Shown here one piece after another: positions 25,191-38,303 of a stretch of DNA of 64,000 nt. Origin of the DNA: Octopus sinensis. Its lineage: Eukaryota. Position 1 is the stretch's first letter. Every line of letters starts with the position of its first letter. The notes below the pieces were generated by a model. The model was not told the DNA's origin. It searched no databases and was given only the letters and a program-made list of their open reading frames with translations. The position numbers and the translations under genes were made by a program. The DNA is taken from NCBI RefSeq assembly GCF_006345805.1, contig NC_042998.1, forward strand, positions 196,788,001 through 196,852,000. The letters are read 5' to 3'.

Positions 25191-25760
25191 AAACTAAAAC
25201 GGACAAAGGAGCCAGTCTGAAGAAGTGAATGCTATACAATGTTTCTCTGGGTTGACAAATCTAATTTTGATTAGCAAAATAAATTAGAGCAGAACCTCAT
25301 TAGTGTTGTAGTTGTTGTTGCTGTTGTTGTGTCGACTGTTTACCTTCTGAATATGTTTATCGGTGTGCAACCAATTGAAACAAGTCTTGCTCTACGCCCA
25401 TCTACCTAAATAATTAGAAGAATGTCACTAAGTGAAACTGCCTTTTCCGCTCCACCGCCTAAAATATGAGTCTATTCTTTATTTGTTTTGCTACATCATG
25501 GAGATGTTGATTGTGATGATGTATGTGTTGGTTCAGTCTATTACTCCACAGAAAAAAAAATTACGAGCTTACAATAGAATCTTAATATGACGAGCGATTT
25601 GAAGAAATAGCGGCGAAGTCTTCCTCAACGCACGCCGCCTCGACGTCCTGAAAAAGGGAAACATACCTTTGCAAAAACAGAAAAGAAGTGAGGGATAGTG
25701 AGAGGTAGATTCCATTTGATCTTTGGTATTCCTGGCTAAACAACAACAACAGCAACAAGT

Positions 25761-26135
25761 GGAGGTGCAATGGCCCAGTGGTTAGGGCAGCGGACTCGCA
25801 GTCGGAGGATCGCGGTTTCGATTCCCAGACTGGGCGTTGTGTGTGTATATTGAGTGAAAACACCTAAAAGATCCACGAGGCTCCGACAAGGGGTGGTGGC
25901 GACCCCTGTTGTACTTTTTCGCTCCAACTTTCTCTCACTCTTTCTTCCTGTTTCTTGTCCCCGACTTCCTACGCAACCGCTGAGCCTGGATACGCATTCA
26001 TCCATCCGTCGATGCTCTAAGTGTCGGGGGTTGACCTGCTTTCTCCTCTGCGGGTCTTACGAATAGCAAAGGACCACGTTTCGGACTTCTCCCACCTTGC
26101 GAGCTCTGGGACGAAGACCGTTCGCTCAACAGCAG
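25761..26135 (+). mobile_element. SINE B2 with (CAA/CAG)n tail
   Basis: Full copy. Confidence 0.85.
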
Positions 26136-26236
26136 CAACAAGAGCAACAGCTGCAACAACAGCAACAGTAACAGCAATAATGACGATACCGACAACATCG
26201 ACAACGCCAACGACGCTGATAACGCTGACCTAATGA

Positions 26237-26796
26237 CACTGTGGGATGCGAAATTTTTTTTCCCCACGAGAGTTCCGGACCCCAGTTATGAACTCATTTG
26301 CATACAGTCAATCAGCGCTCAACTATGAAACTAATTTATGAGCGCATAACAAGTGATGGGCGATAAGTTCACTTGAGTAAGGAATGACCATGATTCTTTT
26401 CTCTTTTAAGAATGCTTCTTGTTCTTGTTTCAACCATGGCTGCCTCTGCGTAGTTATTTGTGTTGTTGTTTACTTTGTAAAACAGTAAGGGGAGAGGGTT
26501 GTTAGTACATCACCCTCTACCCACATTTTTCCCATCCATATCTTTACCATATGGGGCCCTAACAAAATCCGATAATAGGTTTAGATGCAAATCTATTTAA
26601 TTACTTGTCTCCTTCTAAAATCAAGCTTAACTTGGCGATCAGTCGACTTACAACACCGTTCTTCGTCTTGAGTTTACTTGGTAGAGTGTGTTTGTTATAT
26701 CGACAAGGTAAAGGTGAGCTCTGATTAGCTGTATGCAAATGAGTTCATTGCTGGGGTCCGGAACTCTGGGTAAAAAAATTTCGCCTACGGGACGTG
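26237..26796. mobile_element. Old TIR element with ~70-bp imperfect inverted repeats and CAC...GTG ends
   Basis: GCGAAATTTT..GAGTTCCGGACCCCAG..ATGAACTCATTTGCATACAG mirrored at 26721-26785; no TSD found. Confidence 0.65.
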
Positions 26797-27156
26797 CAAC
26801 CGTTTGGCTGTTGGGTACCCTGGTAGAGTGCTTATGTTGTTATCTGTCGCAAATCAGCCCTCATGTATCAGACCTGTTATCAAAGCCATTGTAGCAATGG
26901 CAATTCTGAACTAATTTCATACTGTGTGTACCTGTTAGAACGATTGCAAATTGCAAGATAGAATTTAGCCATTTAGAAACACACAAACACCATCTTTTAT
27001 TGTTTGTAATATGGTGTCAAAATTTCCGTGGCTTGAAACTGCAACCGAGTCACTGACAAATGTGTGCAGCATTTAGAATGCAGTAATCCCCAGACTATCG
27101 CGTGGGTTATGTTCCAAAACCTCCCACAGAAATAATAAAAATCTAAAAAATATATA

Positions 27157-27593
27157 GGCGCAGGAGTGGCTGTGTGGAAAGTAGCTTGCTTACCAACCAT
27201 ATGGTTCCGGGTTCAGTCCCACTGCGTGGCACCTTGGGCAAGTGTCTTCTTCTATAGCGTTGGGCCAACCAAAGCCTTGTGAGTGGATTTGGTAGACGGA
27301 AACTGAAAGAAGCTCGTCGTATATATATATATATATACATAAGTATGTGTGTGTGTGTGTGTGTGTGTGTATTTGTGTGTCTGTGTTCATCCCCCCAACA
27401 TCGCTTGACAACCGATGCTGGTGTGTTTACATCTCCGTAACTTAGCGGTTCGGCAAAAATGAAACCGATAGAATAAGTACTAGGCTTACAAAGAATAAGT
27501 CCTGGGGGCGATTTGCTCGGCTAAAGGTGGTGCTCCAGCATGACCGCTGTCAAATGACTGAAACAAGTAAAAGAGTAAAAAAGTAAGAGTAAA
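27157..27593 (+). mobile_element. SINE A
   Basis: Full copy. Confidence 0.88.
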
Positions 27594-27857
27594 TACCTAT
27601 CGGCCGCGATGTACTGAGAGCGCGATAGGTGAACCGCAATGTGGCGAGGGGTTACTGTGTATTCTACGAATCTTTATTTTCAAGATGGCTGGTTGCCATT
27701 TAAAGCAGAGTTGACTCTTACTTTTAGCAGGGCTTGTGACCACACAGAGATTTTCTAGATTTTTTTGTTGTTGTCGTTGTTGTTGTTGATCCATTAGAAC
27801 TATAAGCTATGGAAAGCAATCTAGCTGTGACCATCGTCTTTTTTTCTGACATTCTAT

Positions 27858-28118
27858 GGCTGCGGGGTCATTCCGAAAAGTTCTATCTGCGACGATTTCA
27901 TCTCAATCGAAGGAGAGGGGCTTTCTTCGTCCGGGTTGCGGATCCGTGGAATAAGCTGCCGGACGAGATGGTGAAGATGCCGACGACCGCTCGGTTCAGA
28001 GTCTCCCTTGACCTCAAGTGGCCTGAACTCTTTACATGAACACCACCCTGTACTTAACTCCATGTCCCCCTACATGGCCTTGCTATTTGCTTTTGAGCCA
28101 AATTAACTAACTAACTGA
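27858..28118 (+). mobile_element. CR1 L-b 3' end
   Basis: Highly similar to 5640-5900; LRGHSEKFYLRRF..WPELFT*, (AACT)n tail. Confidence 0.88.
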
Positions 28119-28516
28119 CTATTCAAAGCTGTTGGAGCTGTTTAAACATTTGTATTGTGTGCGTAAAATACACACAATATAGATAATAACGTATTAATTC
28201 ATATGGTACCAAATGGTAAATATTTATTTAATAACGAACCATGTAATCCACGTTCTCGAAAACGTATTTCTGTAAAATGTTGGTGGTGGGGTGGGGTCGT
28301 GGTGAAATTTCCCAAGGTTCCAGCCCACCCCACTCCCCGTTTTCCGGACCTCAAAAAGTGTTTTGTGGCATATTAGGAGGTCATCGTAATTCATTCAACG
28401 AAAAAAAAAGAAGAAATTCAAATGATTCTAGGATAGGGAGGGCGGGAGATACCCCCTTCTCTTTTTCCAGAACAAAAATAAGGGGTTTGCGGCATATTAA
28501 GAGGTACTTGATTCCA

Positions 28517-28800
28517 AAAGGCGGCGAGCTGGCAGAAACGTTAGCGCGCCGGGCGAAATGCTTAGCGGTATTTCGTCTGCCGCTATGTTCTGAGTTCAAA
28601 TTCCGCCGAGGTCGACTTTGCCCTTCATCCTTTCGGGGTCGACTAAATAATTCCGCCGAGGTCGACTTTGCCTTTCATCCTTTCGGGGTCGATTAAATAA
28701 GTACAAGTTACGCACTGGGGTCGATATAATCGACTTAATCTGTTTGTCTGTCCTTGTTTTCCCCCTCTGTGTTTAGCCCCTTGTGGGTAGTAAAGAAATA
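28517..28800 (+). mobile_element. SINE D with an internal partial duplication
   Basis: TSD GGTACTTGATTCCA at 28503-28516 and 28801-28814. Confidence 0.9.
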
Positions 28801-29181
28801 GGTACTTGATTCCACGCAAAAAACCAAGGTTTTATATTCTTAGTGAAACGCTTACGGGTGTACTTATCAAAATTTACCTAATCCAGTGTGGCCCTTCTTT
28901 TTTAGGACAGTAGAAGAGTGATCGGGAAAAGACTTTAGCTATTATTTCTAGCTGGTCGAGTGACCACATAAAGACTCTGTGGTTGTTGGTGTACTTGTTA
29001 TTGTGGTCGTCATTGGTAGTGTTAATAATGATAATGTTAGTGTTGCTTTGTTGTTGAAGGTGCTGTTGATGGTATATTATTACGAATAAGATAGTTTCTA
29101 TGTAACTTAAATATATATTACTGTTTCGAATGCATTTCATTTACTTTGGTAATTAATCCCTTATGGGAGGTAATGAATACC

Positions 29182-29387
29182 ATGTAACACGCTCACCGGT
29201 AAAATTTCCTCTTTTTTTTTCTTCTTATTTGTATTTTCCTAAAATTTTCGTTGAGTCTTGCAACCTTTTCAAGAGTCTTGACTCAGAGTCAAAACTATTG
29301 AAAAGGTTGCAAGACACAACAGAAATTTTAGGACAATAAAAATAATATAAAAAAAAAGTGGAAATTTTAGCGGTGAGTGTGTTACAT
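29182..29387. mobile_element. Fully palindromic ~206-bp MITE-like element
   Basis: ATGTAACACGCTCACCGGTAAAATTTCC / GGAAATTTTAGCGGTGAGTGTGTTACAT; inner arms pair up to the centre GACTC-A-GAGTC. Confidence 0.75.
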
Positions 29388-29810
29388 TATAAAGCACAAA
29401 AAGAAAATGACTCTCCCCCAGACACAACAGAATATGCTTCAACACATGAACTCATATAAAGAATCTTACAAACCAAATCCCAAAACGAAATAAATACCAT
29501 GTTTTTTCATATAACTTGCTTTTATGACATAACTCTTATGAATCTCTTAAAATCACTTTTAAAAAATTTCATTCAACTTCCTTATGCAAAAAGAGGGCGT
29601 GAGTTTGTGTTTGACTGCACTCTGTATTTTATATGCATTCGTGCTTTTGTATGTGTGTATACAACTCGTCTTTTAAAACTTGCACGCCGAAACCTCTCTT
29701 CACCTTCAGTCTAGACACCTCACATAAAATCTCATATTCAGTGAACAGATATGTCGAAAACAACCGTCAATGAAATCATTCAAGTCTTGTTTTCTTGAAC
29801 AGTAAACGGA

Positions 29811-30125
29811 GGAGGCGCAATGGCCCAGTGGTTAGGGGCAGCGGACTCGCGGTCGGAGGATCGCGGTTTCGATTCCCAGATTGGGCGTTGTGTGTGTTTA
29901 TTGAGCGAAAACACCTAAAGCTCCACGATGCTCCGACAGGGGGTGGTGGTGACCCCTGTTGTACTCTTTCGCTCCAACTTTCTCTCACTCTTTCTTCCTG
30001 TTTCTTGTCCCCGACTTCCTACGCAACCTGCTTTCTCTTCTGCGGGTCTTACGAATAGCAAAGGACCACGTTTCGGACTTCTCCCACTACAGAGGCGCGA
30101 TCTTGCGAGCTCTGGGACAAAAACC
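29811..30125 (+). mobile_element. SINE B2 with an internal deletion
   Basis: Head and tail present; lacks the CCGCTGAGCC..GGTTGA segment. Confidence 0.8.
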
Positions 30126-30744
30126 GCTGCGCTCTACAGCAACAGCAAAAGGACGCAAACACCACACAGAGCAAGAAAGCATTATCACATTTCATAATCA
30201 GCATGAAAGTAGAACCTTTTCAGATCGCTACAAATGCCAGACCTCTCTCCCAATCACTGAGGGTTTCGCCTGTGGAGGAAAACGTATACTCAGTACAGTA
30301 AATACAGATGCAAGAAAATACATCTTCCTCTATCAATTATCAGCATTCTGCAAAGCTCAGATGAAACTCAGACACAGACCTCCTGGACTACCCATAAAGA
30401 AAGGACACCCAACTGATTGGCATAAATTCGCTGACCAACACACTGACATCTTGCTCTTCACGCTGCCTTTTCCGGTGCTACCAGTGGTTACTCATCTTTG
30501 GAGTTTGCTAATCTTAAGCCATCTCCACTCAAATATTCCCAATTCATTCGTCTCAGCCATGTTGATTATCCACTGTACATGAGAATTTAGCTGTTCCTAG
30601 GCGAGACTTTACTGAATGGATATCACGGATGGACAGCGCAATGTTTTGTGGGTTATATTATTTTTTTATCAAAGATTATTATGTAATATCTGTCCTGGTT
30701 AAGCTGATGTTCTACAGAAGTTTAACTTGTGATGGATTATAACA

Positions 30745-31060
30745 TCTCTCTATATATAAACGGCAAAATGTCTGTCTGTGTGTGTCTCCTTTATACAAAT
30801 CCACAATTTTTCAGTTAGAGGGCTCGCACTTTCTATGGTCATTCAAAACCATCCAAGGGTGGTCGTGCACATCTTTACATTTCCCCAGTCACCCCGCAAA
30901 GCCATTGAAAAATCAATAGAAGTGACTTTTTAAAAAATTTTCTATCCAAAACCCAATCAAAATGCCCGAAACTTGATACGCCAATTGAATGCCAGCTAGC
31001 TGTATGTGATTGGTCGGATAGTTGGACAGTACTCGCGTGTATGTGCGCACGCACGCAGCT
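30745..31060 (+). mobile_element. Probable Helitron 5' portion, third internal type
   Basis: TCTCTCTATATATAAACGGCAAAATGTCTGTCTGTGTG resembles the H1/H2 5' ends; no 3' CTAG hairpin seen. Confidence 0.45.
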
Positions 31061-31347
31061 GTATATGCATGTATAACCAAATAAAATGAACCAACATTAC
31101 GAATAACAACAAGTTTAATATTACATCTACCAACACCATCAACAGGAAGAACGTTAGCAATATTACCAACATAGCAGTAACAACAGTAATTATTATAATA
31201 AACTATAACATCACCACTAACAGTAATAAGAATAACATGAATTGTACAGTAACTTGACGTACTTGAATTAATAACTAAATGTACCTCAAATCACACTCCA
31301 ATATATTGCATATTGTAGACTTATATATACGATCTATGAAAAAAAAA

Positions 31348-31709
31348 GGATCTTTTAACTTTGACCGGCAGATTTTTAAAATAATTTCTTTGTAACTAAA
31401 CACTTTTAAACTTCGTATACTGGTAGAATGTGTCACATAAAACAGCTTTTTCTCTTGGCTTTCTTGAGAAAATTCTGTAGTTTGTAAGCTATTTGTTGTT
31501 TAATTTCTCGTATTTCGGCTATTTCAACCAATCAATGACGTCTATTGAGGTGAATACAATTTCTGCGGTTCTTTGTCAACAACAGAATTTTCTCGAGAAG
31601 GCCAAGAGAAAAATATGTTTTATGTAACACACTACCAGTATACAAAGTTTAAAAGTGTTTAGTTACAAAGAATTTATTTTAAAAATCTGCCGGTCAAACC
31701 GAAAAGCTC
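31348..31709. mobile_element. Foldback derivative of the Merlin-like MITE
   Basis: Both ends carry the right-hand arm of 12945-13358 as ~130-bp inverted repeats. Confidence 0.8.
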
Positions 31710-31878
31710 CCTCTCCAAAACGCAGGAAAGTCGTTGCTGGAACACTGCTCAAAACAAGGCAAATTTGGAGAGGTTGAGTATTCAATAAAAAACTCACCAG
31801 GAAAAACATTGTAGAACCGGGAGTATCTTGATACAAAATTCTCTAAAAAAACTGGAAGGGGAGTAATCTATGGGGACG

Positions 31879-32313
31879 TAAAGGATGTGGACCGCACCAA
31901 CTTTACTCTTTTTTTTTTATTCTTTTTACAGAATCCCCCATTTTCGAGTACGGAGATTCCGATTCTGCAAGAAGAAAAAAAGACATTTAAAAATTTTAAT
32001 TCCCCCCACCCCCACCCCCACCCACTTTCTACAATTTTCACTTTTTTCAGAATTGAAAAAATTTTTTTGGCAAATACGTAGAAAAATACGGAGATTATGA
32101 TTCTGGGGAAAAAAAATTGTAAAGTTTCAATTTTTAAGAAAAAAAAGTGAAAATTGAAGAATTTTTTATTGGAGGGGGAGTTAAAATTTTAAAATGGCGG
32201 CTTTTTAAAGCAGAATCCGAATCTCTGTACTCGAAAATGGGGGTTTCTGTATAAATATAAATAATTAATAAAAAAGAAAAAGAAAAAAGAAGGGGGCGGT
32301 CCACATTCTTTAT
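31879..32313. mobile_element. Foldback MITE, separate family
   Basis: TAAAGGATGTGGACCGC / GCGGTCCACATTCTTTA ends, plus inner IR TACAGAATCCCCCATTTTCGAGTACGGAGATTCCGATTCTGC. Confidence 0.75.
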
Positions 32314-32324
32314 GTCCGCCGTAA

Positions 32325-32716
32325 TCTCTCTCTATATAAAGCTGAAGTTGTCTGTGTATGGCAGGTTTGGTAGCCTTCAACTAATATTATCTCCTCCGAG
32401 ACCCTGCAGCGCAAGTTGACCAAAATTGAGAGTATGATAGAAGAAGACTTGCTCTTCCTTCCGTAGAAGAAAAAATTCAAATCGGACCATGTTAACACCA
32501 AAAATTATTTACATCAAAAAGGTGCTTTTTTTCTATGTAAATCCCTATTTTTTACGATTTTTTGACTGCGTTGTCGCCATTTTTCGGTGTATTTCAACCA
32601 GAAAAATGTTCACTTAAAGAGAATAACAAGCTACATAATGCAGAATTTTTACTTTTCAAAAATTCCAATTCTAAAGGGTGGAGACAAACCCGAGCAACAC
32701 CGGGCGATACTGCTAG
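32325..32716 (+). mobile_element. Complete non-autonomous Helitron H2
   Basis: 5' TC(TC)nTATATAAAG; 3' ACAAACCCGAGCAACACCGGGCGATACTGCTAG|T, same end as H1. Confidence 0.85.
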
Positions 32717-32929
32717 TATACAAATAAGCCAAAAGAAAAGGAAGAACCTATCCATGGCCTTTCGACCTATTAGAAACAACAGCCAAATCTGTCTTAACTT
32801 ACATCCTATTGTCTTAAGAAATGACATCCGGTAACTAGGATTAGACGTTGTCTTTTATAATAGCAGCAGGAGCTGTTGTTGTTGTTTAAGAAAGTCAAAT
32901 ATAAAAATCTTAACAACCACGAACCATGG

Positions 32930-33158
32930 CGACGGCAGCAGCAGCAGCAGCCGTCCAAGGATTTGGACCTGGAGATCTCCATTTCCAGCGACTTCGAGGG
33001 CCACCTCCCAGTGGTGTCGGGTGTCAACGAAGAGCCCTCGACTACAACAAGACGACCAAAGTTTTTTTTTTTTCCCAAGGTCTGGGGTCTCCAGCCCCTA
33101 AGCCCTAGACCATCACCTAATCACCCTTACCCGTCTTGTTGCTTAACAACAACAACAA

Positions 33159-33175
<17 letters not shown>
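32930..33175 (+). mobile_element. Repeat module F with (AAC)n tail
   Basis: Also at 48375-48590, fused to a B2 SINE. Confidence 0.7.
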
Positions 33176-33189
<14 letters not shown>

Positions 33190-33514
33190 GATAACGGCAG
33201 TAGAAGCTACAGCAGCATTCTCGAATTCCTCAAATTGCACACTGGCAGGATTGAACAAGACTTGTAATAGACACGACACTTAACAACGATAATAACAACG
33301 ACAAGAACAACAACAACACTATTCTTAAAAAATCATAGACAGACTTCTTCCAAACACCCCCAGCTCACAATCTTTGTTTCTGCTTCACAATTCACCAATC
33401 TTTCACAAAAGTTACGCCACTTCAACAACTGCAATAACACTAACATGAACAAAACCAACCTACCTACTGTCGACATCTGCACAATATTTGTCTCAAGAAT
33501 AGCAGTACACCACC

Positions 33515-33546
<32 letters not shown>

Positions 33547-33839
33547 CAACAACTGCAGCAGCAGCATTTACCACAACCAATACTAAAAGGGAAGCTTTTA
33601 CGTAATCGTTTCGTTTGCTAGATATAGCAGCCAAGTCAACCTTAAATGTTATCTTGCTGTCTTACTGAAAAAAAAATGGTCACTTTAGATAATGTAGTTA
33701 CAACGTCTCCTTTGTAAGAGACAGGATGTTCACGTCTGGAATGTCATTTATAATAGGTCAACTCAGTGACTACTGACCTAAATTTAAACAACAATAAGTA
33801 CGACTAAGCAAAAAATATGTCTACCCGAATATATTTTCA

Positions 33840-34215
33840 GTAATATGGAGAATATACTGCCAACTTTGCCCAAACGACCTGAACATTAGTTTCAAGGTTC
33901 ATCCAAGGCTGGGTCACGGGCCATACGTCCCCTGCCCAATTCAGGATCACAGCATATAGGTACACTGTCCTGTTTAACATTGTCCCGAAAGAGATCAAAG
34001 AGGAAAAGGATCCCATCAACTTTAAACGGAGTCTGGACAGATTTCTTCAAGGAATACCGGATAAGCCACCCATACCTGGATACAACTCACTCAACAAGAA
34101 CTCACTACTTGAATGGACCATAAACAAAACTTGACTTAAACAGGATTTAGATAATCCTATCAGGTGGTGCTATTAAGTTAGACATGGCTTGGACCAATCT
34201 TTGGTCGAAACATAT
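33840..34215 (+). mobile_element. CR1-like LINE 3' end (family L-c)
   Basis: LFNIVPKEIKEEKDPINFKRSLDRFLQGIPDKPPIPGY..KNSLLEWT, then 3' UTR. Confidence 0.75.
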
Positions 34216-34640
34216 CTAAGTTCATTTAAGTTTATATATATAATATTATATATATGCGCACATTATTTAATAAAAGTTTGATTCAGCTCTGTGCAACTTA
34301 AAATTTCGTTGGCTCGTAAGATTACACAATACTTTGGCGAAAATTGCGCAATCTTATCGATTCGTCACGTCATGTGAAATTTTCGCCGAACGACTGTGTA
34401 ATCTTGCCAGCTGATTTCATGAAACACGTGTACAGTTTTCCAAGCACTAGCCTATACTGAGGCTCCATGCAGTTTATCTAACTGCACTGGATGCAGGAGT
34501 GGAACCTGGAATTCACTGTCGTGATTTATGGAGCCCCCTCCCATGCACGCATACATATATACGCATTCATGCACATATGTACCACATACATACATACATA
34601 CATACAACTTATATATATGTAAATATGAATATGTTATATA

Positions 34641-34757
34641 TGTGCAGGTGTGGCTGAGTGGTAAGAAGCTAGCTTCCCAACCACATGGTTCCGCGTTCAA
34701 CTCCACTGCGTGGCACTTTTGGCCAAATACCCTTGTGAGTGGATTTGGTAGACGGCA
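34641..34757 (+). mobile_element. SINE A 5' fragment
   Basis: Head only. Confidence 0.7.
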
Positions 34758-35370
34758 TAAATCATAAATCATATATATATATATATAATCTTAAGTCCAC
34801 CATTTCGTCAATCGCAGCAGCTTCCAAGCTTCAGCACTAATTCAGTTCTCAACTAAATTGCAAACTGTTAATAGTTTTAAAGAAGACACCTCCTCAGCTA
34901 CACTTTGGCATAAATAGTTTGAGATTTGGTTCAGTAGAAAAAAGGTTACATCAAAATATCTGCGACCTCAAAGGGGCGGGGGGAGTAAAGAAGATATTCA
35001 CCTTTATTTAGCATAGATTTTAAAATTTGCTGAAGGCTGGAATGTCTTTGATGAAACGTTTGCAGTATCAGGGTTGAATTGTGGCTAAACGACAACAACA
35101 TTATGGTCAATTTCTATATTAACACCCGCACAATTTTCACTAAGAAAAAAAAAATCGATTTTTTTGCGTGGAATCAAGTGGCGCAGAAGAAGTAAGAGAG
35201 AAGATTAATTCCTGTTCACGGCGAAAGCGGGAGTTCGGATGTCCTCTGTGCAGAGACCGTCCGATCACAGACTGATGTTGTAGCGAATGACCGGTAGAGC
35301 GGAAATGGCGCGTGGCCGGGGTGTCATTGCCGAGCCTGATATCTCGGGGACACACACACAGACAGAGACA

Positions 35371-35419
<49 letters not shown>

Positions 35420-35426
<7 letters not shown>

Positions 35427-35645
35427 TACATGTCTTTGTGCCTGTTTGTCCCACCACCACCACCGCTTAACAACCGGTGTTGGTGTGTTTAAGTCCCTGT
35501 AACTTAGCGGTTCGGCAAAGAGATCAATACAGTAAGTACCAGGTTATAAAAAAAGTACTAGGGTAAATTTGATTCTACCAAAAGTTCTTCAAGGCGGTGT
35601 CCCGCCTCCCATGGTGGCAGTCTTATGACTGAAACAAGTAAAAGA
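35420..35645 (+). mobile_element. SINE A-related 3' fragment
   Basis: CAACCGGTGTTGGTGTGTTT..TAACTTAGCGGTTCGGCAAA..GACTGAAACAAGTAAAAGA. Confidence 0.65.
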
Positions 35646-36424
35646 TTTTAGATAAAATATATGTGTATAAATGCGTGTGTATTCTGTGATGTGTGTGAGC
35701 TTGTGAAATATGGGTGTACCTGACATGTGTGTCACAGTATTTTCATTCAGTAATCCTTCTCTCTCTGACGACAGCAAATAACAAGGTTACAGTAGTATCA
35801 GTAGAAGGTGAGGTCAAGCTGAATAAATGTAACGTGTGTGTGTGCATGCGTGTGTGCGTGCGTGTGTGTGTGCATGCGTGTGTGCGTGCGTGTGTGTGTA
35901 CCTGCGTGCGTGTGTTTGTTTGTGTGTTGAGAGCAATGTATTTTAAATATAAAAATGAACTGTTCTGGACTTCGACATTTTAACCCAAGTATTATGTAAC
36001 GGATGTTTTTGGTTGCTATAGTGTACCGCAATAGGTCTTCGGTCGCTTTCGATAATGACAGGTGTTTTAGTTTATGCAAATGACGTCACAATAATGGTAT
36101 CAGACACCACAGAGGTCGAGGGAGTCAGTACCATTCTCATGAAATAAGCGCGGTGAAAGGAACAAAGATTCCGCCAGATAAATTAGTGGGTTTTCAACCC
36201 GACACTTGAAGAGTCATTTCCATGCTGCCAGAGAGCATCATCACCATCCGGCGCTCCATGATGCTGTGGCTGAATGGTCGAGCAGAGCCGCTGAACACAT
36301 ATATCACCTCTATAATATATTACTGTCTGGCTGTCGCTCCTGCCAAAATTTTCTTCCGATAAAATTGGAACGTCTGCTCGTTCACTTCTTGTTCAACTGG
36401 TCAGGTAGTCCTCAAAACGATATT

Positions 36425-36925
36425 AATCCTTTCTACTGTAGGAACAAGGTCTGACATTTTGGGTGAGGGACTAGTCGATTACATCGTCCCCCAATGCTCA
36501 GCTAGTGCTTATTTTATCGACCTCCCAGTACCAAGCTGGTACTTATTTTATTGACTTCGGGCGGCGAGCTGGCAGAATCGTTAGCACGCCGGGCGCAATG
36601 CTTAGCGGTATTTCTGCCGTTACGTTCTGAGTTCAAATTCCGCCGAGGTCGACTTTGCCTTTCATCCTTTCGGGGTCGATAAATTAAGTACCAGTTACGC
36701 ACTGGGGTCGATGTAATCGACTTAATTCGTTTGTCTGTCCTTGTTTGTCCTCTCTGTGTTTAGCCTCTTGTGGGTAGTAAAGAAATAGGTACTTATTTTA
36801 TTGACTTCGACAGAACGAAAGCAAAGTCTACACCGGCGGCATTTGAACTCAAAACATAAAGTCGGAAGAAAAGCAGCTAAGCATTTTGTCCGGCACGGTA
36901 ACGATTCTGTCAGCTCGCCGTCTTA
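36425..36925 (-). mobile_element. Old SINE D' interrupted by a younger D copy in the opposite orientation
   Basis: D' halves at 36425-36559 and 36788-36925. Confidence 0.7.
36560..36787 (+). mobile_element. SINE D monomer
   Basis: TSD GGTACTTATTTTATTGACTTCG at 36538-36559 and 36788-36809. Confidence 0.92.
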
Positions 36926-36928
36926 GAA

Positions 36929-36967
<39 letters not shown>

Positions 36968-37039
36968 AATAATGATGATGATAGTCCTTTGTGAGACCTT
37001 TGACACCAGGTTCCTCTCTACACTCAGAATTAACCAGAT

Positions 37040-37385
37040 AAAGTAAGATCGGGTGCTCTGAGAAGTAAAGCATAATAAGGCCTAATTTAGTAGTGGTAGG
37101 CAAAGAAAATAGAGCCCCAAATGATGAGCAAGTCAATATGAGCGGTTTAAAGAGAATAGCACGGTACCAGGAGCTGACCATTGTGTTAAAGAGGCTATAA
37201 AAAATGCGGGTAAAATGTATTCCTGGAATTATAGGGATATTAGGAACTATTCCCACAGATTTGAACAGGGGGATAGAGGAAAGGCATAAAACTTAGTTTA
37301 GCGCAGCTCCAGGAACAGCTAGGATACATAGGAAGAAGGTTCTTGGCATCTAAGGTTACTTGTTGTAGCCCGATGTTAGGAAGTT
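37040..37385 (+). pseudogene. R4/Dong-like restriction-like endonuclease (RLE) LINE C-terminus, decayed
   Basis: With frameshift: HNRPNLVVVGKEN..RYQELTIVLKRL*KMRVKCIPGIIGILGTIP. Confidence 0.7.
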
Positions 37386-37484
37386 TTCTCTTCCAACATT
37401 TTAATCCGTGGTGCGTATATGTAACAACAACAACAACGATTTCCTCAATGTTTTTGAATTCTTGTGGCCATTAAAGATATTATA

Positions 37485-37864
37485 GGAGGCGCAATGGCCC
37501 AGTGGTTAGGGTAGCGGACTCGCGGTCATAGGATCGCAGTTTCGATTCCCAGACCGGGCGTTGTGAGTGTTTATTGAGCGAAAACACCTAAAAGCTCCAC
37601 GAGGCTCCGGCAGGGGATGCTGGTGATCCCTGCTGTACTCTTTCACCACAACTTTCTCTCACTCTTACTTCCTGTTTCTGTTGTACCTGTATTTCAAAGG
37701 GCCGGCCTTGTCACTCTCTGTGTCACGCTGAATATCCCCGAGAACTACGTTAAGGGTGCACGTGTCTGTGGAGTGCTCAGCCACTTACACGTTAATTTCA
37801 CGAGCAGGCTGTTCCGTTGATTCGGATCAACCGGAACCCTCGTCGTAACCGACGGAGTGCTTCC
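37485..37864 (+). mobile_element. SINE B1
   Basis: TSD AAAGATATTATA at 37473-37484 and 37865-37876. Confidence 0.9.
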
Positions 37865-38101
37865 AAAGATATTATATCCGTGGGATTCCTTGATTGGCCT
37901 TAGTTGGAGGCTCACGTGCATCAGAAGGACTGTATCATACGGTCATTTACATATTTTGTTAATTTCGTAAATTTTTTTTTGTCCCATTTTCCCCACCGCT
38001 TCATACAAATTGTCCACCATCTTTGTAATGTGGCCCCTCAGCTGACGCTCCTGTAGCAAATTAAGAAAACGTATTGTTGTTATTTTATTATTATCATTAT
38101 T

Positions 38102-38132
<31 letters not shown>

Positions 38133-38267
38133 TATTATTATTATTATTATTATTATTATGTTTTTTCCTTCTTTCTTCAAATTTTCTTCCGTTTCTCGCC
38201 GAGTGTTTTCCATACACCTAGGGCAGAGAAGGGCATTGTATGCATTCCCAGATTATTATTATTATTA

Positions 38268-38303
<36 letters not shown>

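Noticed and set aside
30130-30580. 207-aa ORF (29959-30582) with a possible decayed zinc knuckle in another frame
   Set aside because: The N-terminus is SINE-derived and the remainder has no recognisable domain
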